Part shown: one piece after another, positions 35,723 through 44,299 of the stretch
Layout: each line of letters starts with the position of its first letter
How positions within the stretch are numbered: the first letter of the stretch is position 1
From: Bacteroidota bacterium
GTDB taxonomy: Bacteria; Bacteroidota; Ignavibacteria; UBA10030; UBA6906
Assembly: GCA_040756745.1 (NCBI GenBank)
Contig: JBFLYO010000016.1
Location: forward strand, 8,655 to 72,654
Reading direction: 5' to 3'
Length of the DNA stretch: 64,000 nt
The notes under the pieces: generated by a model
What the model was told of the DNA's origin: nothing
Database searches by the model: none
Seen by the model: only the letters and a program-made list of their open reading frames with translations
Translations under genes and position numbers: made by a program

Positions 35723-35811
35723 GGAGTAGTCAGTAGTCAGAATTCAGAAATCAGAAAGATGGTGTATAATCTTCTGCTCTCTGACTTCTGACTACTGACT
35801 TCTGACTACTC
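35723..35811. repeat. heptamer-repeat palindromic element (AGTAGTCAGTAGTCAGAATTCAGAAATCAGAAAG / inverted copy)
   Basis: Left arm 35723..35757 and right arm 35777..35811 are near-perfect reverse complements. Each arm is built of 7-nt units (GTCAGTA/GTCAGAA/TTCAGAA), separated by an 18-nt centre. Lies in the 134-bp spacer between two operon genes. Confidence 0.6.
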
Positions 35812-35835
35812 TTTGCATTCTCGTACGACCTTGAT

Positions 35836-36579
35836 TCATATGCCGCTGACTGGCATCACTGCCTGTACGTCAGCCCGGAAGACCCACGTGCCGGGCGCGA
35901 CGAAATGTGTTGCAAATGCCCGCCGTACCCGATCCTTCGACCGGTTAGCATACGAGCCATGGATGGTCAGGCCTGAAAAAAACACTCCTCCCCCCTTCGG
36001 GACGGCGAGGAATTTCATGGCCGACCGGTCCACACCGTCGATCTCGAACGAGTAAAAGACCTGCTTCCATTCCCTGCCGTCGCGATCGCGCATGAGGTGC
36101 TCCGACTGCCACACCTGGTGGTCTTTCATGGAGGTCGCTTTGTGCGTATCGTACAGTCCTTTCGCGTGGCTTCCCGGCAGAACGCAGAGCCCGCCGTTCT
36201 CCTCGTCCGTGTCGCTCATCGCAAGCCAGCACGCCATGAGCGTGTTGGGCTCGTTGGGAAGGTAATGCGTATCCTGATGCAGGGCCGTCCCCTTCGCTTC
36301 TTCGCCGGGAAATTTCTCCAGGTACATGGTCTGGACAATGGAAGGTGTGCCTCCGAGCATCTGCTCTGCGACTCCGGCGATATTCTGATGGGTCGCAATG
36401 GCCCGCCAGCGCGCGTCCCGCTTGTGGTTGTCGAGCCGCGATCGCCACTCCTTCGACTGCGCCGCCTCGTACGCCACGTACTCGTCCACCTCGCTGGGCG
36501 TGAGGAGGCCCACAACAACGATAAAGCCCTCGTCCCGGTACCGCGAGTGCTCTGCCGCGGAGAACATTCGTCCGCTCAT
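35836..36579 (-). CDS. phytanoyl-CoA dioxygenase (PhyH) family Fe(II)/2-oxoglutarate oxygenase
   Basis: 247 aa. HQDTHY (H-x-D facial triad) and a distal His in LTIHGSYAN are typical of the PhyH family. Confidence 0.75.
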   Translation of the reverse strand: MSGRMFSAAEHSRYRDEGFIVVVGLLTPSEVDEYVAYEAAQSKEWRSRLDNHKRDARWRAIATHQNIAGVAEQMLGGTPSIVQTMYLEKFPGEEAKGTALHQDTHYLPNEPNTLMACWLAMSDTDEENGGLCVLPGSHAKGLYDTHKATSMKDHQVWQSEHLMRDRDGREWKQVFYSFEIDGVDRSAMKFLAVPKGGGVFFSGLTIHGSYANRSKDRVRRAFATHFVAPGTWVFRADVQAVMPVSGI

Positions 36580-36583
36580 GGCT

Positions 36584-37372
36584 TCACTCCTTCGCCACGA
36601 TGGGGAAGAGAGGTCCGTGGAACTCCTCGCCTGGCTTCAGATTGGCACGATCGCCCACGATATGCGGGAGCTTTTTATATGTCGTCCCGGCTGGCATAAA
36701 GATGGTGACCATGGCGCGACGAGCGGTGGAGGTGACGTTGGGACCGGCGTAGTGGAACGTCAGGCCGTTATGGAATGTACAGCTCCCGGGTTTCAGCTCA
36801 ACGGCCACCGGCTTCACGCCGCGGTACGACGGCGGCAGGAGCGCCAGGGGGCCGTCAGCCGTCGTGTTCCCCAGATCGACGGGGTCAAGCGGACCCACCT
36901 TATGCGATCCCGGCACGAACCACATGCACCCCCGCTCCACCGTCACATCATCGAGTGCCATCCAGCAAGAGAGCCCCCCTGGTTCGTTCATCGGCCAGTA
37001 CACGGTGTCCTGATGCCAGGCCGTGGGCTTGCTGTCCTCCGGATACTTAATAAGAGCCTGGTCATGCCAGAGACGAACATGACGCGAACGGGTCAGACGT
37101 CGCGCGATCTCCGCGACGCGCGGGTGACGGGCATACTCCTCCAGCACCGGGTATCGCTCCCACAGGTTGACCATCTGCAGGAACACTTTGGTGTATCCCT
37201 CGTCGGTCCGGGGCCCAAGGTTCAACTGGAATTTGTTCTTGTCTTCGACCGCCCGGTCGAGCGCTGCGCGCAGGATCTCGACCTCCTCCATCGTGAGAAC
37301 GTCGTCAAGCCGGACGTAGCCGTTCTCCTCGTAGAAGCGGACCTCTTCTTCACTGATCGGGTACGCGTTCAT
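36584..37372 (-). CDS. phytanoyl-CoA dioxygenase (PhyH) family Fe(II)/2-oxoglutarate oxygenase, second copy
   Basis: 262 aa. WHQDTVYWP (H-x-D) and a distal His (TFHNG). Only distantly related to its neighbour, so not a recent duplicate. Confidence 0.75.
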   Translation of the reverse strand: MNAYPISEEEVRFYEENGYVRLDDVLTMEEVEILRAALDRAVEDKNKFQLNLGPRTDEGYTKVFLQMVNLWERYPVLEEYARHPRVAEIARRLTRSRHVRLWHDQALIKYPEDSKPTAWHQDTVYWPMNEPGGLSCWMALDDVTVERGCMWFVPGSHKVGPLDPVDLGNTTADGPLALLPPSYRGVKPVAVELKPGSCTFHNGLTFHYAGPNVTSTARRAMVTIFMPAGTTYKKLPHIVGDRANLKPGEEFHGPLFPIVAKE

Positions 37373-39518
37373 GCATCCTCCACATGTACTGGGGGTCGAT
37401 GTGTGGTTCGTCCTTTCCGTGCTTTTCCATTAAGGCGATCTTGCGGGAGAGCAGGTCGCCGAAATTCTCTCCGTAGCAGTGGAGCGTCTCGCCGATCGTC
37501 GAAACGGGCATGAAGTCCGTACGGCTCGACCGCCAGAGGTCGAGAAGATCCCGCGCATTGGCCAGCTCGTCCTCCACCATCGCGTCACAGAGCGATCTGA
37601 AGTGCGTCCTGTCCTTGGGATCGGTCGCGCCGCAGTATCCGTGGACCGACTCGATCCAGGCAACCATGTTGCGCAGCGTCCTGTAAAACGCGCGCGCAGC
37701 CCTCAGTCGGTCATGCAGGTCGGCAAATACGGGGGGTGTGCTGTTCTTCGAGCTCAGTGTGTCGACGCACTGTTCGATGGCCGACGTGAGCGGTGCGAGA
37801 ACTTTTCTATCAATCGTGCGCCGCTTTTCTCCCGCCTCCTCGACCGTAAGGAAATTCCACATCATGTCATTGTTCAGGTCGACACGGGCCGGGTTGTTGA
37901 ACGTCGCAAGGAGATACTCTTCATAATAGCGGCGATCCTGTTCAGGAATTGCGTCAATGTCGGGCACGAAGGGTCTGACCCAGAGCCGGAACCACGGGAA
38001 ACCGAATGTGCTCATGGGAACGCCTGACGGGAATCCTCGGACGGCGCTGTCTGATCGGTTCCAGAGGTCGAGCAGTTCCGCAGCGCCTGAAACGCCTCCC
38101 CAACGTTCCGACCATATGCGGAGGACGTCGTCGATCGACCGCTCCGGCGTCAACTGGAACGCCCGGACCACTTCTCTATTGATATCGAACGGCGCCAATG
38201 ATGCCGGTGTACCTCCTGTGAGCACGAAGTCACCGCCCCGCGCACGGAGAGCGCCCAGTCGTTCATGGACCAGCCGCGGGTACGGGACGCCGAGAACGTT
38301 GTTGTCGCCGACCTCAGTTTTGGCATGGGTTTCCGCCCCGGCCCTCCGCAGCATATCGTTCTCCTGATCCAACCCGCCTCCTTCGAAATAGCCGAAGTCG
38401 CCTGCGTCGATCCCGTCCCCCATCCCCCGAATGATCTCCGGTCGTTCGTCCCGGAACGAGCCGAGGTCGCAGACCAGGCGGAACGCCGGGTTGGCCCGGC
38501 GGCCCTCGTCGCGCAGGAGGCGGAAATACTTGAGAACGTTGCCGGCCGCGGCGCGTGCGATCTCCGCATGGCTCTTCCATTCGCGGATCAGGTAGGGACC
38601 ACCATTTCTCCCCGCATACAGCGCACTCACGAACTCGAAGCCCGACCCGCTGTCGTTCGTCCAGAGATAGATGAACCCGATCTCGGGAATCTCTGCCATG
38701 ATCGCTCGGACCAGTTCCCGGTAATGCTCCTGCACCGCCGGATGGGCCATCGCGAGCGTGTAGCGGGGACGGAGCGTTTCCCGCGGATGGTCCACCCGTG
38801 CCCCACGCAGGTATCCGTACTCCTCCCAGAATTCCTCCGGCATTGAGCGCGGAGAGTTGATGTGCAGACCGGGAACGAGTCCGTACCGGAGAGCGCTCTG
38901 TGCCGTCTCTTTCAGGAATTTGAGATTCGCAGCAAGATACCCGGATGGGTAATACCCGCGGAGGAGGGTGCTATCGACGAACTGATCGAGGTCGGGGCTG
39001 TAGTCGTAGAACCAGTGATAGACATCCCCCGGTGGACTCGACTCGAACGGACGGGCAACGCCCAGTCCGTTCACGGTCATGTGCGTGAATCCCTGCGCGG
39101 CAAGCTGCCGGCAATACCCTTGCCGGTCGAAATGCCGCGCATGCCGCAAACTCCCGACCAGAAAGTCACTCAGATTCCTGAGCCAGCGAAACGACGCCGG
39201 TCGTCTCTTCTCCTCGCCGAACTCCTCCGCGCTCCGTTCTCCCCACTCCTCCGTAGCCAGGCGCATCGCAGCGTAGAGCAGCGCGCCTTGCGACGCCCCA
39301 ATCGCAATGCCCCCGTTGTGTGAGACGGTAAACGAATACCAGGGGGCCTCTTCCCCTTCGAGCCGGAGCGTCAGGACAGGGGCCTCCCCCGCCGTGCTGA
39401 CGCGGGCGCGGGGGCAGCAGGTACGAAGGAGCTCCTCAGCGACTGTTTGCTCTGCAATGGTGGCGCCCTGGCGGAGACGGATGGCGCGGATCTCCCTCAG
39501 GATCTCTCGTACGGTCAT
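37350..39518 (-). CDS. hypothetical protein (722 aa, cytoplasmic)
   Basis: Long ORF with sensible codon usage and operon context, 14 nt after the MetE-like gene. No recognisable motif and no signal peptide. Confidence 0.5.
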   Translation of the reverse strand: MTVREILREIRAIRLRQGATIAEQTVAEELLRTCCPRARVSTAGEAPVLTLRLEGEEAPWYSFTVSHNGGIAIGASQGALLYAAMRLATEEWGERSAEEFGEEKRRPASFRWLRNLSDFLVGSLRHARHFDRQGYCRQLAAQGFTHMTVNGLGVARPFESSPPGDVYHWFYDYSPDLDQFVDSTLLRGYYPSGYLAANLKFLKETAQSALRYGLVPGLHINSPRSMPEEFWEEYGYLRGARVDHPRETLRPRYTLAMAHPAVQEHYRELVRAIMAEIPEIGFIYLWTNDSGSGFEFVSALYAGRNGGPYLIREWKSHAEIARAAAGNVLKYFRLLRDEGRRANPAFRLVCDLGSFRDERPEIIRGMGDGIDAGDFGYFEGGGLDQENDMLRRAGAETHAKTEVGDNNVLGVPYPRLVHERLGALRARGGDFVLTGGTPASLAPFDINREVVRAFQLTPERSIDDVLRIWSERWGGVSGAAELLDLWNRSDSAVRGFPSGVPMSTFGFPWFRLWVRPFVPDIDAIPEQDRRYYEEYLLATFNNPARVDLNNDMMWNFLTVEEAGEKRRTIDRKVLAPLTSAIEQCVDTLSSKNSTPPVFADLHDRLRAARAFYRTLRNMVAWIESVHGYCGATDPKDRTHFRSLCDAMVEDELANARDLLDLWRSSRTDFMPVSTIGETLHCYGENFGDLLSRKIALMEKHGKDEPHIDPQYMWRMHERVPDQ

Positions 39519-39532
39519 GGAACCGGTCCGCG

Positions 39533-40567
39533 TCAGTCCCCTTTCCCTCCCAGCTCGTTCCGGACGATCCGGGTTCCTTCCACCATGGCCTTCAGTTTGG
39601 CGAACGCCCTCGCTCGCGGCATGAACTTCATGCCGCAGTCGGGACTGATGTACATTTTTTCGGCAGGGATGTGCTCCAGTGCCTGCCGGATGCGGCGCAT
39701 AACGACGTCCGGAGTTTCCACCGCTTCGTCTTTCACATCGATGACACCGACGACGATTTCCTTGTCGGTAGGGTACTTTGTGAAAAGCTCCAGTCCGACC
39801 CCGTCCGACACGGCGAACTCCATGCTGAGCTGGTGCGACCGGGTTTCGAGAATCGCCGGAAAGAGCTCGTCATACTGTCCTTTGAAGAGGCGCTTGAGCT
39901 GGTAGTTGCCGTAGCAGACGTGCAATGCGATCTTCGCTTTTACGCCGTCCACGAGGCGGTTGAAGGACTCCACGAGCCACGGCATGTCCTGCGGATACCC
40001 GACCCAGACCGGCTCATCGATCTGGATGAAATCGCACCCCGCTGCGACGAGGCCCCGTAACTCGGCATTGAGGATTGCGGCCAGATCGAACACCAGTTCC
40101 TTGTCCGACGGATAGTACTCGTTTGTCGCGCGTTTCGCCAGCATCTGGGGACCGGTCACGCACACCTTCGTCCACGCCGTGGCATGCGCCTTCAGGAAGC
40201 TGAAGTGCTTGTCCATCCCCAGCGACCCCTTCGACCGCACCTTGTCGCCGACTATGGGGTCGAGCATCTGGATGCTTGGATCCAGGTTGCCGATCGGCTT
40301 CATCTTCCCTGCCATGTCGAACCCGTGGATTCGCATGGAGAAGAAGTTCACCATTGTCTCGCGCCGGAGTTCGCCATCGGTGATGATGTCAACGCCCGCC
40401 CGCTCCTGGTCAAGGATGGCCGACCTTACGGCGTTGTCGTGCGCTTCTTCCACCTGCGAGGGGGTCAGGACTCCATTCACTCCGAGCGTGCGGACCTGTT
40501 CAAGCCACGCGGGGAGGGAGTAGCTACCGATGACGGTGGTGGGGAGGAGAGGGAAAGAATCGGCCAT
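39533..40567 (-). CDS. cobalamin-independent methionine synthase (MetE) C-terminal-domain-like / UROD-MetE fold methyltransferase family protein
   Basis: 344 aa. N-terminal TTVIGSYSLPAWL and the His/Cys/Glu zinc-ligand pattern (HVCYGN...SPDCGMK) typical of the stand-alone MetE C-terminal domain family. Confidence 0.7.
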   Translation of the reverse strand: MADSFPLLPTTVIGSYSLPAWLEQVRTLGVNGVLTPSQVEEAHDNAVRSAILDQERAGVDIITDGELRRETMVNFFSMRIHGFDMAGKMKPIGNLDPSIQMLDPIVGDKVRSKGSLGMDKHFSFLKAHATAWTKVCVTGPQMLAKRATNEYYPSDKELVFDLAAILNAELRGLVAAGCDFIQIDEPVWVGYPQDMPWLVESFNRLVDGVKAKIALHVCYGNYQLKRLFKGQYDELFPAILETRSHQLSMEFAVSDGVGLELFTKYPTDKEIVVGVIDVKDEAVETPDVVMRRIRQALEHIPAEKMYISPDCGMKFMPRARAFAKLKAMVEGTRIVRNELGGKGD

Positions 40568-40626
40568 TGCGTTCTCAACGTGAATTGCGTCCGGCGGAAT
40601 TCAGATATCTGATATCAGAATTCGAA

Positions 40627-40671
40627 GGGGGGTAACCACCTTCGACAACCCACGCAAGGCGATTACCCCCC
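40627..40671. terminator. stem-loop GGGGGGTAA ... TTACCCCCC between the PorV-like and MetE-like genes
   Basis: 9-bp GC-rich stem enclosing a 27-nt loop. It is followed by TTT on the plus strand and by a U-containing tract (UUCGAAUUCUG) on the minus strand. Adjacent is a TCAGAT/ATCTGA repeat palindrome at 40597..40623. Confidence 0.3.
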
Positions 40672-40706
40672 TTTGCTGTTGGTCGGGACAGCAGTACGGC
40701 AGGTCG

Positions 40707-41732
40707 CTACTTCATGCCGAGCGAGAGGGTGATTCTGTGGACCGAATCAACAAGATCCATCTTCGTGAAGGCGTAGTCAACACGGATCGAGTAGTCGGAC
40801 AACTTCGTCATGAACCCCGCCCCCGCCGTGAAGCTCTCGACGGTCGTTTTGATTGCCGGCGAGAAACTGTTGCCGCCGTCGTCGACCCCCGAGTAGTTGA
40901 ACTTGTAGCCGCCGCGGACGGAGATCATCTCCATGAAGGTGTACTCGCCTCCCACGAAGTAGTACTGTAGGCCGTCCTGTGGCTTTACCGCGTCAACGGT
41001 GACCATCAAGGAATTCATGTCATCCGTGAGCGGTGTCATCGATGTACCGATGCTGAACGTCAGCGGGATGGGAGCGGCAAAATCGTAGAACTTCATGTCG
41101 CTCCCGAGGTTGCTGAGTCGCGCACCGATGTTCCACCCCAGAATGCCGATGCTGTACACCGATCCGAAGTCGAACGCAACTGCCGTGGCCGTCTTATCAT
41201 CGATCTTCTCGCTGATGTACTTTGCCGAGAGGCCGAGCGAGAGCTGGTCGGTGATGGCACGCGCATAGCTGACCTGGAGGACCATGTCGCGGTAGTCATA
41301 CGTGTCGCTCGTCACCTTGTCGATCTCGAGTGCCCGCAGTTCAGCGCTTCCGCCGGGATACACATCGCGGTCTGCGGGAATCCCCGAGAGGCCGAACGTC
41401 ATGAAGCCGAGACCGATCGTCCCGACATCCTCGAGGTTGTAAGATATCGAGGCCGCCTGCTGATTCAGATCGGCAAACCACTTGTTGTACGTGAACGCCG
41501 CCTGCGCGCGCTGGTCGGTGGCCAGCGTAATGCCGGCGGGATTCCAGTACATATTTGTCACGTCTCCCGTCAGTGAGGTGACAGCCGAGCCGAGGCCAAC
41601 CTGCCGCGCACCGACGCCGATCTTCAGGAACGCGGCCGAATTGATGCCGGCCTTCCTGTTCTGGGCGTCGGACGTGCCAGCCACCAGCGTCACCATCAGG
41701 AGGATCGCCGTCAGAACATACATTCGTTTCAT
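40707..41732 (-). CDS. PorV/PorQ-family outer-membrane beta-barrel protein (type IX secretion associated)
   Basis: ORF 40707..41750 trimmed to Met7 (MKRMYVLTAILLMVTLVAGTSDAQ signal). The N-terminal motif AAFLKIGVGARQVGLGSA matches the PorV/PorQ family signature. Beta-barrel-like alternating pattern, C-terminal aromatic-rich end. Confidence 0.6.
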   Translation of the reverse strand: MKRMYVLTAILLMVTLVAGTSDAQNRKAGINSAAFLKIGVGARQVGLGSAVTSLTGDVTNMYWNPAGITLATDQRAQAAFTYNKWFADLNQQAASISYNLEDVGTIGLGFMTFGLSGIPADRDVYPGGSAELRALEIDKVTSDTYDYRDMVLQVSYARAITDQLSLGLSAKYISEKIDDKTATAVAFDFGSVYSIGILGWNIGARLSNLGSDMKFYDFAAPIPLTFSIGTSMTPLTDDMNSLMVTVDAVKPQDGLQYYFVGGEYTFMEMISVRGGYKFNYSGVDDGGNSFSPAIKTTVESFTAGAGFMTKLSDYSIRVDYAFTKMDLVDSVHRITLSLGMK

Positions 41733-41760
41733 AGGACTGTCCTCTATCATAGATGGTCAG

Positions 41761-44289
41761 TTATCGGAGAATGGAGAAGTAGCCGGTCTTCTTGCCGCCG
41801 GTGGGGGATTCCACCACGTAGATATAGAGACCGCTGGCGACTTCGATTCCGTCCTTCGAGAACATATCCCAGAACGTCGCACCCAGGCTCGGGTCGCTCG
41901 ACGAGAAATCAAACTGGTCGATGATCTGGCCTGAAACGTCCAGGATCGTGATTTTGCACTGCGGTGGCAGGTTATAGAAGAGCAGCTTGTGATCGTACAC
42001 ATTGGAGAAGTTGTCGTGCAACGCCGCCCGCTTATAGGGGTTCGGCCGCACACCGACATTCGCAACGTCCCCCGCTGCGGCCAGCGCCGAATAGACAACC
42101 TGCACGGCGCCGATGTCCTTCTTTCCGGCCGCCGTCTTGGGGTAGTTCGGATTGTTGGGTGCGAACGGGAAGGTTTTCTGCCACAGACCGTTGGCGCCGT
42201 CCCGGTTGGTTGAATGCGTCTCCATCCGGGCCGTGGTCTCGCCGGCGGGGCCTGTATATGTCCCCTCCTTGTACGCAGAGACGTAGTACCAGTACGAGAA
42301 CCCGAGAACGACATCCTTGTCCTCATAGAGATACTTGTATCCGGGTGTCGTCGTCTTCGGGAACGTCGCCAGATCCGCTTTCGGAACCACCTTCACAAGT
42401 TCCCACGTTCCCCACGTATCGGGTTGATAGAGTCCCTTCAACGAAGTCCCTGCGACCTCGGCAAAAGCGTCGAATTTCGGATTCACGGGCTTCTTCAACG
42501 AGGTGATGTCCGCACCCACCGTCATCTGCTCCTGATACCGGTCGGCGAGGCGCATCCCTTCGTCGAGCCACGCCTTCTTCTTGAAGTTCGACGATTTCCA
42601 GATCTTGTACCCCTGGAACTCGGGATCGGCTTCGGCGCGGTCATCCCACTCAACCCTCACGGACTTCGTCAGTGTATTGGAGACCTTCATATCGGGCAAC
42701 GCAGGCAGGACCGGGACGCTCGCCGAGCCGTTGGCATATACGTACCGCGCAGCGCGGACGGCCTTCTGGACCCCCTCCAGCCGATAGCCGCCGACGATTG
42801 CCAGGACGAATGTCACCGAGGAATCCTTCTCAATGCGGACCGGGCCGATGCCGCTATACAGGTCGCCGTTGAAGTCATGCGCGAAGTTGTACCCGGTCGT
42901 CCATTTGCCCCAGCCCGTAGGATAGCCGGTACCGTCTTCCAGCGGCGTCTGGTCAAACGTGTTCAGCGTCTTCTGGTCTCCGTTCGGCTGACCGGGAGAG
43001 GCGAGGGGCACCCAGGTTGTGACGTCGCCCGTCGTTCCGGATGCAAAGAACGCGGGGTTCGGGCTCAGGTCGAGCTGGGCAAGCGTGCGCGATGATCCGC
43101 CGTTCCTCGCAAACTCGCCGATGCCGACGGTGAACATCTCCTTCGGGTCGGTGAAGCGCCCGGCAAGCGAACCTCCGGAACCTGCGGACAGGTACCAGCC
43201 CTGTTGCCCTCCTGTGCCGACGGGATGCGTTCCGAAGATCGTGTTCCGCGTTGGCAGCGCGTTTGTGAGCTGTGTCGGATCAGTGGGGAGCCCGCCCGAT
43301 TTCGCACCGAGCCAGTCCCACCCGATCCAAATGTCGGTATAGGCGCGCTTCGTCACGCCGTTGTACCCCATATTGAAGTTGCCAGCCGTTGGCGACTGGG
43401 TGCGGGCGCCCGCGTAGTAGGCAACGAACCCCCACGGGTTGCCGCTCGGATCGGGATCGCCGACCCATCCACCCATGCGGGTGAATTTCTCGCCGATCAG
43501 GTTCTCATTCCGGCCGCCGCCGAGATAGCTGCTGACAGACATGAAGATCTCGCCCGACATGACCAGGCTGATGGCCTGGATCGCTGGATCCGCGAGGGCT
43601 GCATCGGCTGCACCGTCCAGGTTCATGTCGCGCTGGCCGGTGTTCTTGAATTCGATCTCGAGGATCACGAAGTCGTTGAAGTTGTTCCAGTTCGGCCCTG
43701 TCCAGGCGTGCGCTCTGATCTTCACGTCGCACCCGGTGTTCGTGGGCCAACCCGCTTCATACACCGCATGCTGTCGCCGGGTCCCGTCCACAAAGTAGGG
43801 TTCGACGCTGTACTTCCGCGGCGCTCCGTCGCCGAGGACACCCGGCTTGTAGGTCACCTGACCCCAGTTGCCGGTGGCAGGTGCCGCGACGCCCTGCTTG
43901 GTTGGGTTAAAGTTAGAGTCCGCATGGAACACTTGTGCGTGCATATAGTGGGACCAGAAGATGGTCCAATGGAATGCCGCGGGCCAGTGGGCGTTTGGCG
44001 TCGACCATCCGCGGTCGAAGTTGCCGAACCGGATGAACTGCCGCGCACCCTGTGTGGGATACGTCGCTCCCTCACCGTAATACGGCCCGAATGCTTGCGG
44101 GAGGAATGAATCCCAGAGGTCCCCCGCCTGCAGGACGCCTGCGCCGGGGAAACCAATCACCGAATTCGCGGGCGTGCCGGGTTGTGCGAGCGCTGCGCAC
44201 GGCAACAGGAGGACGAGAGCGACCGCCAGTGCCGCCGCGAGCGTCGTAATGTTGGATCGGTTCATATCATTGCTCCTTGTTTTCAACAT
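41761..44289 (-). CDS. large secreted protein with type IX secretion (Por_Secre_tail-like) C-terminal domain
   Basis: 842 aa with a signal peptide (…MNRSNITTLAAALAVALVLLLPCAALAQ) and a Gly/Thr/Asn-rich, beta-rich body. The C-terminal ~80 aa end in GLYIYVVESPTGGKKTGYFSILR, resembling T9SS sorting domains. Confidence 0.55.
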   Translation of the reverse strand: MLKTRSNDMNRSNITTLAAALAVALVLLLPCAALAQPGTPANSVIGFPGAGVLQAGDLWDSFLPQAFGPYYGEGATYPTQGARQFIRFGNFDRGWSTPNAHWPAAFHWTIFWSHYMHAQVFHADSNFNPTKQGVAAPATGNWGQVTYKPGVLGDGAPRKYSVEPYFVDGTRRQHAVYEAGWPTNTGCDVKIRAHAWTGPNWNNFNDFVILEIEFKNTGQRDMNLDGAADAALADPAIQAISLVMSGEIFMSVSSYLGGGRNENLIGEKFTRMGGWVGDPDPSGNPWGFVAYYAGARTQSPTAGNFNMGYNGVTKRAYTDIWIGWDWLGAKSGGLPTDPTQLTNALPTRNTIFGTHPVGTGGQQGWYLSAGSGGSLAGRFTDPKEMFTVGIGEFARNGGSSRTLAQLDLSPNPAFFASGTTGDVTTWVPLASPGQPNGDQKTLNTFDQTPLEDGTGYPTGWGKWTTGYNFAHDFNGDLYSGIGPVRIEKDSSVTFVLAIVGGYRLEGVQKAVRAARYVYANGSASVPVLPALPDMKVSNTLTKSVRVEWDDRAEADPEFQGYKIWKSSNFKKKAWLDEGMRLADRYQEQMTVGADITSLKKPVNPKFDAFAEVAGTSLKGLYQPDTWGTWELVKVVPKADLATFPKTTTPGYKYLYEDKDVVLGFSYWYYVSAYKEGTYTGPAGETTARMETHSTNRDGANGLWQKTFPFAPNNPNYPKTAAGKKDIGAVQVVYSALAAAGDVANVGVRPNPYKRAALHDNFSNVYDHKLLFYNLPPQCKITILDVSGQIIDQFDFSSSDPSLGATFWDMFSKDGIEVASGLYIYVVESPTGGKKTGYFSILR

Positions 44290-44299
44290 TCGATCGGCA

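Noticed and set aside
35764-35769. TATAAT hexamer in the loop of the heptamer-repeat palindrome
   Set aside because: It is on the plus strand while both flanking genes are minus-strand, and there is no matching -35. It is most likely a chance match inside an AT-richer repeat element.
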